DNA from: Smithella sp.
GTDB taxonomy: Bacteria; Desulfobacterota; Syntrophia; Syntrophales; Smithellaceae
Reading direction: 5' to 3'
Assembly (NCBI GenBank): GCA_030018675.1
Contig: JASEHT010000001.1
Span: 1 to 47,165 of the forward strand
DNA: 47,165 bases
Each line of letters starts with the position of its first letter. Position 1 is the first letter of the stretch. The position numbers and the translations under genes are program-made. Under the pieces are notes generated by a model. It did no database searches, was not told the DNA's origin, and was given only the letters and a program-made list of their open reading frames with translations. Shown one piece after another: positions 37,136 to 45,924 of the stretch.

Positions 37136-38320
37136 ATGAAGTACATTGATCAGATTGAAATAAAAGGGAAAAGAGTTTTTCTGCGCGTGGATTTTAACGT
37201 CCCGATGGACAAAGAGGGAAACGTTACCAGCGACAAGCGGGTGAAGGCAAGCATCCCGACCATCAATTTTGCGCTGGAGCAGGGAGCCAAATTAATCATC
37301 GCGTCTCATCTGGGCAGACCCAAAGGGAAACGAGTTGCGGAAATGTCGCTCAAACCCGTAGTCAAGGTTCTTTCCGGTCTACTCAATAAGCAGGTCACGT
37401 TTTTGGATGACTGTGTGGGCGCGGATGTGGAACAGGCCATTGGCAAAATGAAGGAGGGAGAGATTATCCTGCTGGAAAATCTCCGTTTCCATCCGGGAGA
37501 AGACAAAAACGACACGGAATTCGCCAGACAACTGGCCGCGCTTTGCGACGTTTATGTTGACGACGCTTTCGCGGTTTCGCATCGGGCCGCGGCTTCCAAT
37601 TCGGCGATTACCGAATTTGTTCCTGTTTGTGCGGCAGGATTTCTTTTGAAAAATGAAGTTGAGTATTTCAAGAAGGCGATGGTCAATCCGGCCAGGCCGC
37701 TGGCCGCGATGATCGGCGGGGCGAAGGTCTCCGACAAAATCGGCCTGCTGGAAAGTCTTATCGAAAAGGTTGATAAAATAATCATCGGCGGCGGAATGGC
37801 CTTCACCTTCCTAAGGGCGGCCGGTTATGAAACAGGAAAATCCCTGTGCGAAGAAGATATGCTCGATACAGCAAACAAAATTCAGGAAAAAGCCCGGCAG
37901 AAAAACGTGATATTCCTGCTGCCCGTGGATGCTGTAATCGCGCCGGAAGCCACGGCGGAAGCGGAGGTAAAGGTCTGCTCCGTCAATGAAATCCCCAAAG
38001 AGTGGATCGGATTGGATATCGGACCGGCCACGATTGCATTGTTCAGCGATGCTTTGAAAGATGTGAAGACCGTTATCTGGAACGGTCCGATGGGAATGTT
38101 CGAACTTGCGCCTTTCAGCAAGGGAACTTTTCAGTTGGCCCAAGCCGTGGCCGACAGCGGTGCTGTTTCTATTATCGGCGGCGGCGATACGGACACGGCC
38201 ATCAAGAAAGCGGGGTTGAGCGCGAAGATGTCTTACATATCAACAGGCGGCGGCGCATTTCTGGAGTGGCTGGAAGGCAAAACCCTCCCCGGAATCGCGG
38301 CGCTGGAGAAAAAAGGATAA
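37136..38320 (+). CDS. pgk: Phosphoglycerate kinase
   Basis: 394 aa with typical Pgk sequence (RVDFNVP...SHLGRPKG...GGGDT). Confidence 0.92.
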   Translation: MKYIDQIEIKGKRVFLRVDFNVPMDKEGNVTSDKRVKASIPTINFALEQGAKLIIASHLGRPKGKRVAEMSLKPVVKVLSGLLNKQVTFLDDCVGADVEQAIGKMKEGEIILLENLRFHPGEDKNDTEFARQLAALCDVYVDDAFAVSHRAAASNSAITEFVPVCAAGFLLKNEVEYFKKAMVNPARPLAAMIGGAKVSDKIGLLESLIEKVDKIIIGGGMAFTFLRAAGYETGKSLCEEDMLDTANKIQEKARQKNVIFLLPVDAVIAPEATAEAEVKVCSVNEIPKEWIGLDIGPATIALFSDALKDVKTVIWNGPMGMFELAPFSKGTFQLAQAVADSGAVSIIGGGDTDTAIKKAGLSAKMSYISTGGGAFLEWLEGKTLPGIAALEKKG

Positions 38321-38324
38321 ATTA

Positions 38325-39080
38325 ATGAGAGAATGGATTGTCGCGGGCAACTGGAAAATGCACAATACCGTTGCCGAATCAACGGCTTTGGCTAAAGCCA
38401 TTAAAGAAGGTGCAGTAGACATCAAAGACGGATCGGTTATTCTGGCACCGCCCTTTACCTCTCTACATGGCGTCAGCGAAATATTGAAGGGATCCGATTT
38501 GCTTCTGGCCGCGCAAAATATGCACTATGAAGACAAAGGGGCCTTCACCGGTGAGGTATCCGCTCCGATGCTGAAAGATATCGGTTGTTCCTACGTGATT
38601 ATCGGCCACTCCGAGCGGCGGAAATATTTTCAGGAGCAGAACGCCGATGTGAATCTTAAGATCAAGAAAGCTCTGTCTTCGGAACTGACGCCGATTATGT
38701 GCGTAGGCGAAACCGATGAAGAAAGAGAAAAAGGCATCACACAGGAAATTGTCGGCAGGCAGGTGGATCATGGTCTGAAAGGTGTTTCAAGAATTGAAAA
38801 TATTGTTATTGCGTACGAACCGGTCTGGGCCATAGGAACCGGTAAGGTTGCCACGCCCGCGCAGGCGCAGGACGTGCATGCCTTCATTCGTAAGATTTTA
38901 AATGAATCTTACGGCAAAGCCGCCAACGGCATCCGCATACTTTACGGCGGCAGCGTCACCAAAGACAACATCGGCGATTTGATCGCTATGGGCGACATTG
39001 ACGGCGCCCTGGTCGGCGGAGCATCCTTGAAAGCTGACGGGTTTCTCGGTATCATCAGGGAAATTTCCGGTAAAAAATAA
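38325..39080 (+). CDS. tpiA: Triosephosphate isomerase
   Basis: 251 aa. Motifs AGNWKMH, IGHSERR and AYEPVWAIGTG. Confidence 0.92.
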   Translation: MREWIVAGNWKMHNTVAESTALAKAIKEGAVDIKDGSVILAPPFTSLHGVSEILKGSDLLLAAQNMHYEDKGAFTGEVSAPMLKDIGCSYVIIGHSERRKYFQEQNADVNLKIKKALSSELTPIMCVGETDEEREKGITQEIVGRQVDHGLKGVSRIENIVIAYEPVWAIGTGKVATPAQAQDVHAFIRKILNESYGKAANGIRILYGGSVTKDNIGDLIAMGDIDGALVGGASLKADGFLGIIREISGKK

Positions 39081-39184
39081 TTCCAATATTTGTCCTTTAA
39101 AATAAACCATTTAAGCCTCTCGGGGACAAATCCGCAAAAAATTTATCCCGCTCTATTGACATTTTTCCGTCTTCAATGTAAAAA

Positions 39185-39292
39185 GATGGTGACCTTTTAA
39201 GGGAGATGTTTTATGGTCCCGGTCACCACCAAACCGTTTATGAATAATGTTGTCCTTTCAAAAATGCAGAGGGTGTCCCTGCGTTTTTTTTT
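39185..39292 (+). ncRNA. Candidate small RNA or 5' leader/attenuator upstream of the gap paralog
   Basis: TTGACA (39156-39161), a 17-nt spacer and TAAAAA (39179-39184) precede the element. It contains the hairpin GGTGACC (39188-39194) / GGTCACC (39221-39227) with inner GGGA/TCCC pairing. A terminator-like stem follows, plus a T9 run. Confidence 0.3.
39266..39292 (+). terminator. Intrinsic terminator-like hairpin + T9 run, 65 nt upstream of the gap-like start
   Basis: GCAGaGG-GTGT-CCCTGC followed by G and TTTTTTTTT. Confidence 0.5.
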
Positions 39293-39359
39293 ATTAATCT
39301 CCATAAAATCAATCAGCATATTACTTCCTGTGCAAACAGGATGAAGGAGGATATTGATC

Positions 39360-40637
39360 ATGTCACAAAGTCAGGGATTTGAAAGAAAGCAGCCAGTTCT
39401 CGGCATTAATAGTTTGGGAAGGATCGGGAAGTTAACGTTATGGCACCATATCGGCAGAAAGTATTTTAAGGAAATCGTCGTCAATCAGGGACGGGAGATT
39501 GGTACCGGTCTCGATGCTATCGCCCAGGTCATTGAAAAAGATTCGACTTACGGTTTGATGCACAAGTTTCTGTATGGCGTCAAAGCGGAACGCATCATTC
39601 AGATTGTTGACGAAAAGCAGGGCAAGCTGCTGATTGACGGTATTCCCGTCACCGTTCTGCGCGAAGCGAGAAATCCCGCCGATATTCCGTGGCGGCAGTA
39701 CGGTGTGGACGTGGTTGTGGAGTGCACGGGAAAATTCAATGACCCGGTCGTGGCACCGGACAATAAAAGCGGTTCCATCCGCGGACATTTGCACGGCGGA
39801 GCAAAAGTGGTCATCAATTCCGCACCCTTCAAGATTAAGAATAAGGCCATGTCCACGCCGGATGACGCCATCACCCTGATTTATGGCATCAATAACACGG
39901 CCTTTAATCCGAAGAAGCATCTGATTGTTTCCGCCGCGTCCTGCACCACAACCGGCCTCGCTCACATGATCAAGCCGCTTCTGGACAACGAGGAAACCAG
40001 CAATATTCTGACGGCAGCCATGTCCACCATTCACGCGGTGACGAATACACAGAGCGTGCTGGACAGCGTTCCCAAGGCCGGGGAAAAGGATTTGAGAAAG
40101 AACCGCAGCATTCTGGACAGCATCATTCTGACCTCCACCAATGCCGCCAAAGCGCTGGCGGAGGTTATTCCGGAAGTCCAGCATATCGGCTTCATGGCCG
40201 ACTCCATCAGAATACCCACCAGTACCATGTCCCTGATTGTCCTGAACGCCACGTTTCAGGCGCGTTCCGACAAGCAGGGAGCAGCAATGGCCATTAACAC
40301 AAAAATGCTGAATGAATTGTACAGAAAAGCCGCGGAGAACAATCCCGAAAAACTGATCAGATTCACAATGGAACAAAATGTGCCGGCTGATCTCATCGGC
40401 GTTGACGCGGCCGTCATCATCGAGGGACAGTTCAATCACACACGGACCGCATATATTAATCTGGACTGTTCATACATTCCGTGCCTCCCGCAGGATATCA
40501 AAAAAGTGTTTCCTGAAAATGTCCTGAAAGTTCCCGTTGTGCACGCCAAGGTATTCGGCTGGTATGATAATGAATATGGCAGCTACGTAAACCGCTTGGG
40601 TGATCTAACGGCTTATATTCACAAAAATATTTTATAG
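39360..40637 (+). CDS. Divergent long GAPDH-family dehydrogenase
   Basis: 425 aa from ATG 39360 (AGGAGG 9 nt upstream; the track starts at TTG 39354). Motifs GINSLGRIGKL and SAASCTTTGLAHMIKPL, a variant of SCTTNCLAP. Confidence 0.75.
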   Translation: MSQSQGFERKQPVLGINSLGRIGKLTLWHHIGRKYFKEIVVNQGREIGTGLDAIAQVIEKDSTYGLMHKFLYGVKAERIIQIVDEKQGKLLIDGIPVTVLREARNPADIPWRQYGVDVVVECTGKFNDPVVAPDNKSGSIRGHLHGGAKVVINSAPFKIKNKAMSTPDDAITLIYGINNTAFNPKKHLIVSAASCTTTGLAHMIKPLLDNEETSNILTAAMSTIHAVTNTQSVLDSVPKAGEKDLRKNRSILDSIILTSTNAAKALAEVIPEVQHIGFMADSIRIPTSTMSLIVLNATFQARSDKQGAAMAINTKMLNELYRKAAENNPEKLIRFTMEQNVPADLIGVDAAVIIEGQFNHTRTAYINLDCSYIPCLPQDIKKVFPENVLKVPVVHAKVFGWYDNEYGSYVNRLGDLTAYIHKNIL

Positions 40638-40653
40638 GAGAGAATTCTTCAGA

Positions 40654-40699
40654 CAGCCCACCGCCCGCTGATCAGCGCGGTCGGTGGGCTGATTTTATT
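40654..40699 (+). terminator. Intrinsic terminator of the gap-like gene
   Basis: 10-bp stem CAGCCCACCG / CGGTGGGCTG followed by ATTTTATT. Confidence 0.7.
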
Positions 40700-40991
40700 G
40701 TGAGACTCAAATTTTAATGACATTCGCTGAGAGCAAATGAAATGTAGATCGAAGCGCGAATGGAATTATCCCACATGCAAAGCTATGTGGGACTATCATT
40801 GCAAGTCGTAGTGAGTCCCAACTTTCAGAAGCGCAGCGTTCTGAAAGTTGTCGGACGAACTATCCAATCCCAATAAGTCGGGATTGGGAACAATCCCGCC
40901 ATTAGCGGAGGGTATGATACCCGCCCCTTGGGGCGGATTTAGGGTCCAGTTCCGATAGCTATCGGAATTGCCCCGGGGTTCATACCTGTGA
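40694..40991 (-). repeat. Multi-hairpin intergenic element, copy B (inverted relative to copy A)
   Basis: The minus strand starts TCACAGGTATGAACCCC, overlapping the stop of the 1408-aa gene, and ends AAATTTGAGTCTCACAATAAA. Hairpins: CCGAT-AGCT-ATCGG, CCGCCC-CAAG-GGGCGG, GGGTA-TCA-TACCC, a 12-bp stem at 40819-40850 and an 8-bp stem at 40769-40792. Confidence 0.6.
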
Positions 40992-43900
40992 TTCTGTTTC
41001 GTTTTCATGCCGCCCGTTATAAACGGTGCCGCTCCAGCCGTCGATACTGATGAAATCACCCGCCCGGATCGTATGATCGTCTATCGTCGCGAATTTATCG
41101 GCTTCATAAACCTTGAGTTTACTGAAACCGACAACGCCAACCTTGTTGAGTTGAGGAATGGTCACCGCGGCGTGCGAGGTGCTTCCGCCTTTGGCGGTGA
41201 GCAGTCCTTCAACCTGCAGAAGCACGCCGACGTCATCAGGAACCGTATCGGGACGAATCAGAATCAGAGGGGTATCCGGCTCCGTTTCGCGGAAACGCCT
41301 GATATCGGCCTCCGAATAAACCGCCCGGCCGGCCAGCGCGCCGCCGTTGACCCCGATGCCGACACCCAGGACCGATGCCTGCATCGCTTTGCTGTCTTTG
41401 AAACGTCCCCATTTCTGCGTCGTGATCTGATTCATGTCGCGCGTCTGAAGAATATATAGCTTGTCCCGCGTCGGCCCCTCAAAGGTGAATTCGATTTCCT
41501 GATGATTAAAGCCTTTTTCGTAAATCAGTATCTCGGAAATTCGCAACAGTTCGCCGTAAATTTCCGGAAATTTTTCTTCCAGGGATATTTCGGAATACCG
41601 GCACTCCGCGATACGCTGCTTTTTCGAAATGGGATAGGTTTCCACCAGACCGGAGACAATGTCGTCGCCCTGCACGCCGAAAATGAAATCTCCGTAAAGC
41701 GTCACATCGTTGGACGAACTCTTGGGTTCCCGGGTGAAGATAACGCCGGACCCGGAATGTTCATTGAGATTGCCGAAGACCATTTTCTGAACAATCACGG
41801 CCGTGCCCCATTTATCGGAAAGATGCATTTGCCGACGGTAAATTTCCGCCTGCTCCGAATACCAGGAATCGAAAACCTGCAAAATGGCATGGCGTAATTG
41901 ATCCAGGGGCTTGTCCTTGAATTCAATGCCGTTGTCTTCGAGACCATTTCTATAGGCTATGGCTATTTTTTTCATCTGCCCGGGAGGAAACTGGATTTTT
42001 CTTTCCACGCCATGTTTTTGTTTGAATTCGTTGATGATCGCATCGAAAAAATTTCTGTCCATGCCCTGGAACATTCCCCACGTCTGCAAAAAGCGGCGGT
42101 ATGAATCCCACGCCGCCCAGCGGAAATTCTCTTTTTCGCTGAGATTTTCCGCTATCGCCTCATTGATGCCGACATTGAGAAAAGATTTCATCATGCCGGG
42201 AAGGGAAACCGTGGCGCCGCTTCGGACCGAAAGCAGCAAGGGGTTGCGATGGTCGCCGAGCTTGCGGCCGGTTATTTTCTCCAGCTTTTTAATTTCCTTG
42301 TTCACCCGGACAGCGAGATCATTAAAGATATATTTATATCCGTAAACAGCTTCATACCCTCTGAACACTTCCGTCGTAATAATGAATCCCGGAGGGACAT
42401 TGAATCCAAAAGATACCAATTCCTTGAGAAAATATCCCTTGTTGCCGAGCAGGATCTGGTTATCCAGTTTTTTGTTCTTTTTATAAAAGGATGAAACGGT
42501 CAATTCGGGATTATAGGCCATAACCACTTTGAGGATTTGTTTGTTATCCTTGAATTTATCCGATTCGGCGTTGAGCGTCTTAATGACGGCGTTCACAAAA
42601 TTATCCAGCACCTGAATGCCAAAAGCCGACGAGATGATTCCGCGGAAAAAATTTTCCGAGTGCTGGTAAACAAGTTTTTCCTGTTTCTTGACCACCGTCT
42701 TCTTTTCGGCTTCGGCTTCCCGATGATAAATCTGCCTAATGACAACAGGTAGGCATGAAGCATGAACGTCAATATAATAATTACGAATAATATCCTGAAC
42801 ATCCTTGGAAATGAAACGGAAAATGTCCACGTACTGTTCGAGCGAAAACTGTTTGATGGATAAGGCGTTGGTCACGTATTTGACTTTTGCCGCCAGACCT
42901 TCCGTGGAAATGCCTTCAATTTCCAGGGCGTTGATGTATATCCACAAATACGTGTGTATTTTTTTAATTGTTTGTTTGGTGATGAATTTAAGATTAAAGG
43001 ATTGTCCCAATTCCTCAAAAAGCATCGTGGCCAGACTCTCCAGCCTCAGGGTCAAACCGACGGCGTCGAATTTCTTTTCATAATACGTCCCGTACATGGA
43101 CGGAATACCGGCCGCGATGTGCCTTTTGTAATAGATGTTCTCATAAACCTGCGTCTTCTTGGGAGAAAGAATTTGTTCTTTCAGCAACGACAGAAATTTC
43201 AAGATGACGGAGAGGCTACGAAAGTAATTTTTAGAATTCAGGGCTCGCTTCAGGGATATGATATCCGCCTTGGGAAACGCGTTGACGGCCTCCAGGTCTT
43301 TCAGCAGATCAATATACTGCGGGTAATATTTTTTATACACCAGCTGATAAATGCGGATCATGATTTTGACCCGCTCCTGATCCCTTTCATTAACACCCTT
43401 GACGTTATTCAGTTCCCGACAGACTTTTTCGTTATCCCATTCGAGAAATTTTCTCGGATTGCCGTGCACTTTGGTGAAGAAATACTTAAAAGCTTTGTGC
43501 ATTCCGGTGAAATACTCTCCGGGATTCATAACTTGCTCATAAACTTCATTAGGCAGGTGCGCGCGAAGGAAGCTCATATCTCCGGTGTTCCAGTATTGAA
43601 AAATATCCTCAATGAATTTGACCAGAAGACTGTTGCTTTCCACGTGCGACTGCTTGCGGAGAAAATAAACCAGCTTGTCTTGGCGGGCGGATAATTCGTC
43701 CACCTTCGTGGAAATATCCCTGAGTTCCCCCTCGGCTCCTATTTCCTTGAAGTAAACGGGAAAGATTCTCAAAAGCTGCTTGATCAGACCATACGCGGGC
43801 GCTATGTCTGTATTGAGTAAGGCGGAAATGTCTTTTTGAATCAGGTCGGTGTCGCGGACAAAAATCCCTCCCATTTTTAAGTTGATAATCAGCGCCGAAA

Positions 43901-45206
43901 TCAGTCTCTTGGTCCAGCGGGGCTTCATGCCGATAATTTCAAGCCAAGCGCGAATATTGATGATATGCGCCGGATTGACCCTGACCTGCCACTCCTCCGT
44001 TGAACCTTTAATCTCGGGATATTGAAAGCCGTAGGCAATCAGTTCATCAATAAAGGTTTCCGCCAGCTGATGGTTGTTTTGAGCGAAAACCTCTTTGGCG
44101 GTTGTGGTGATGCAATCATAAATCGCGGCGCTGAATTCGCGCTGCGATTTATTCTTCTTCAAAAAGCCGAATATCTTGCGCACGAAATCATCCAGGCTTT
44201 CCTGTTTTTCCTCCTGAAATACCTTTTTCAGCGAATAATTAATTTCACGCAGAGCGCCGGCATGAACATCGGCAAGGCTGGCAACATCCATTACATGAAA
44301 AAGAAAACGCAGTTTAACAAGATGCTGATGCCCCTGATAGGCTTTGGATTTTTCCAACTGGTCGGCTGCCGTTAAATAACCGTTGGCGGTCTGAAAAAAA
44401 TCGGGTAAGTCCGTATATTGTTGGATGCTTTTGCCGTTTTTCTTTTTTGTTCCGGGACGAAGTTCTTCGAGCTTTTCCAGCAGGGAGCGAAAGTGTTCGT
44501 GGCTGAGCGGCTGAATGATTTGCCTGTAAGCTTCAAACCCTTCCGGATTGATGCCGTCTCCGGCAATAAACCATTCGGCTGGATCCGGCTGAGACAGTCT
44601 GAACCGATACGTAATCCCGAACAACCGGTGAATTAAATCTGCCATCAGCGGAGCGGGAATGTCCAGATTGTTCTCCTCAACGCTTTTGATTATTTTTTTC
44701 ACGTAAGAAGAACTTTTCCGGAAAATCATCTCGTCTTCATCTATAATCTCCAGGAGAGACTTCAGAATCTCCGGCAGAAGAGACATATTCCGCGCAAGGC
44801 GTTCGTTGCTCCGGGTGAGTATCGTATCCATGTAATCCAGCAAATAATGGATGGCGTTGTCTTTGACCTCATCGCCTGCTGAAGACCTGATCACATTGAG
44901 ATAAATGCGCAGGATAATCGAAAGAGCACCAAGACCGTCCTGATGATGATTGAAAATATGGAAATCCCCGATGGAAACCGACTTCAATTCTTTGAGAACA
45001 TATTCCCAGTTCACAAAGGGGTGATGCAATTCCATCAGAAGTTCCCGGGTTTTCTTTTGCAGCCCGTAATGATTCTTGACGACACTGAGCAGCAGAAAGT
45101 CCTGCTCCGGAATTTCTATGGTGGCGGCCGTTCTTTCCAGATTGACCTTCAGAGCGGATGACGCCAGTTCCTCGCTTTTTTTCTTTGGATTATCTTTATT
45201 CGCCAT
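40980..45206 (-). CDS. Large PPDK/PEP-synthase-related protein: ~870-aa unknown N-terminal region + ATP-grasp nucleotide-binding domain + phosphohistidine swivel domain, no PEP/pyruvate TIM barrel
   Basis: 1408 aa. GNKGYFLKEL...NVPPGFIITTEVF and PLLLSVRSGATVSLPGMM (PPDK N-terminal pattern), then TAKGGSTSHAAVTIPQL (swivel His). The protein ends about 60 aa later. Confidence 0.75.
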   Translation of the reverse strand: MANKDNPKKKSEELASSALKVNLERTAATIEIPEQDFLLLSVVKNHYGLQKKTRELLMELHHPFVNWEYVLKELKSVSIGDFHIFNHHQDGLGALSIILRIYLNVIRSSAGDEVKDNAIHYLLDYMDTILTRSNERLARNMSLLPEILKSLLEIIDEDEMIFRKSSSYVKKIIKSVEENNLDIPAPLMADLIHRLFGITYRFRLSQPDPAEWFIAGDGINPEGFEAYRQIIQPLSHEHFRSLLEKLEELRPGTKKKNGKSIQQYTDLPDFFQTANGYLTAADQLEKSKAYQGHQHLVKLRFLFHVMDVASLADVHAGALREINYSLKKVFQEEKQESLDDFVRKIFGFLKKNKSQREFSAAIYDCITTTAKEVFAQNNHQLAETFIDELIAYGFQYPEIKGSTEEWQVRVNPAHIINIRAWLEIIGMKPRWTKRLISALIINLKMGGIFVRDTDLIQKDISALLNTDIAPAYGLIKQLLRIFPVYFKEIGAEGELRDISTKVDELSARQDKLVYFLRKQSHVESNSLLVKFIEDIFQYWNTGDMSFLRAHLPNEVYEQVMNPGEYFTGMHKAFKYFFTKVHGNPRKFLEWDNEKVCRELNNVKGVNERDQERVKIMIRIYQLVYKKYYPQYIDLLKDLEAVNAFPKADIISLKRALNSKNYFRSLSVILKFLSLLKEQILSPKKTQVYENIYYKRHIAAGIPSMYGTYYEKKFDAVGLTLRLESLATMLFEELGQSFNLKFITKQTIKKIHTYLWIYINALEIEGISTEGLAAKVKYVTNALSIKQFSLEQYVDIFRFISKDVQDIIRNYYIDVHASCLPVVIRQIYHREAEAEKKTVVKKQEKLVYQHSENFFRGIISSAFGIQVLDNFVNAVIKTLNAESDKFKDNKQILKVVMAYNPELTVSSFYKKNKKLDNQILLGNKGYFLKELVSFGFNVPPGFIITTEVFRGYEAVYGYKYIFNDLAVRVNKEIKKLEKITGRKLGDHRNPLLLSVRSGATVSLPGMMKSFLNVGINEAIAENLSEKENFRWAAWDSYRRFLQTWGMFQGMDRNFFDAIINEFKQKHGVERKIQFPPGQMKKIAIAYRNGLEDNGIEFKDKPLDQLRHAILQVFDSWYSEQAEIYRRQMHLSDKWGTAVIVQKMVFGNLNEHSGSGVIFTREPKSSSNDVTLYGDFIFGVQGDDIVSGLVETYPISKKQRIAECRYSEISLEEKFPEIYGELLRISEILIYEKGFNHQEIEFTFEGPTRDKLYILQTRDMNQITTQKWGRFKDSKAMQASVLGVGIGVNGGALAGRAVYSEADIRRFRETEPDTPLILIRPDTVPDDVGVLLQVEGLLTAKGGSTSHAAVTIPQLNKVGVVGFSKLKVYEADKFATIDDHTIRAGDFISIDGWSGTVYNGRHENETESQV

Positions 45207-45320
45207 AGTCAGCAGACCTTCGCCAAGCAGATTACAGAATACGCGTTTTTCTCAAGCTCCGAACGTACCGGCTTGAAATGACGGATTTTTCGCCTGTTGC
45301 TCCATTGAAAAATAATCCCT

Positions 45321-45370
45321 GAAGAAACAAACTCCGGCAAAACCCTTGCGTGAAAGAGCGTTGCCGGAGT
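45321..45370 (-). terminator. Intrinsic terminator after the desulforedoxin-like gene
   Basis: On the minus strand, 10-bp stem ACTCCGGCAA / TTGCCGGAGT followed by TTGTTTCTT. Confidence 0.6.
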
Positions 45371-45396
45371 CCGTCATTCTTTATTGTGAAAAGTGT

Positions 45397-45702
45397 TTAT
45401 TTCTTTTTGGCCGATTTCTTTACGGCTTTTTTAACCGGTTTTTTCACAGGCTTCTTTTGGGCCGGGTTCGCCTTTTTTACGGCCGGCTTCTTCTGGGGTG
45501 ACGTTTTAACTTTCTTAACAGCTTTCTTCTTTTTCGGCGCGGCCAGAGCCTTCACTTTTTTGGGTTGCGCCGGACCGATATTAACCATCGGTTCTTCACA
45601 GCAAATAATGTCTATCGTGGCGCAACCGCATTCCTCGTCCACGATTACTTTCAGTCCGCAAACTTCACAACTCAGGACATCTCCAGCTTTTGCTCTCGAC
45701 AT
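45397..45702 (-). CDS. Desulforedoxin-like Cys4 domain fused to a Lys/Ala/Pro-rich histone-H1-like tail
   Basis: I place the start at ATG 45702 (GAGGAGG 5 nt upstream). GDVLSCEVCGLKVIVDEECGCATIDIICCEEPM parallels the desulforedoxin pattern GDVYxCExCG...CCGxxM. The tail reads PKKVKALAAPKKKKAVKKVK...KKPVKKPVKKAVKKSAKKK. Confidence 0.65.
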   Translation of the reverse strand: MSRAKAGDVLSCEVCGLKVIVDEECGCATIDIICCEEPMVNIGPAQPKKVKALAAPKKKKAVKKVKTSPQKKPAVKKANPAQKKPVKKPVKKAVKKSAKKK

Positions 45703-45924
45703 TTTACCCTCCTCATTGTGAGGGGTTAATAACTCACCCTCCTGATTTTTTTTCATTCTAGTGAAAAAAATTTATTTTTCAAGCAATAAATTGCTAATTT
45801 TTTTAAAAAGATAGACAACTTGACTTTCATTAATGATTTGATATTATCCGCAAAAGCAGCGTTGTTCAGCATAACAATGCCGGTTCATCAGCGAGCAACA
45901 AAACTATCGTCCCTGGAATAATAT

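Noticed and set aside
39438-40439. 333-aa minus-strand ORF
   Set aside because: It is the antisense shadow of the GAPDH-family gene. The sequence is Gly/Arg/Asp-rich with no motif.
2871-40714. The 21-bp perfect inverted repeat read as the termini of a 37.8-kb composite transposon
   Set aside because: Similarity continues outward beyond the 21-mers, so they are not element termini. I saw no flanking direct repeats (TTTGTTTTTG versus TAATGACATT) and no intact transposase at either end. I kept the observation as an inverted repeat pair or possible inversion substrate.
45400-45560. Short periodic repeats (AAAAAG/CTTCTT-type) that might be tandem DNA repeats
   Set aside because: They are the coding-strand complement of the Lys-rich KKxxKK tail. 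This is a low-complexity protein tail, not a repeat array. No CRISPR-like repeat-spacer structure occurs anywhere in the window.
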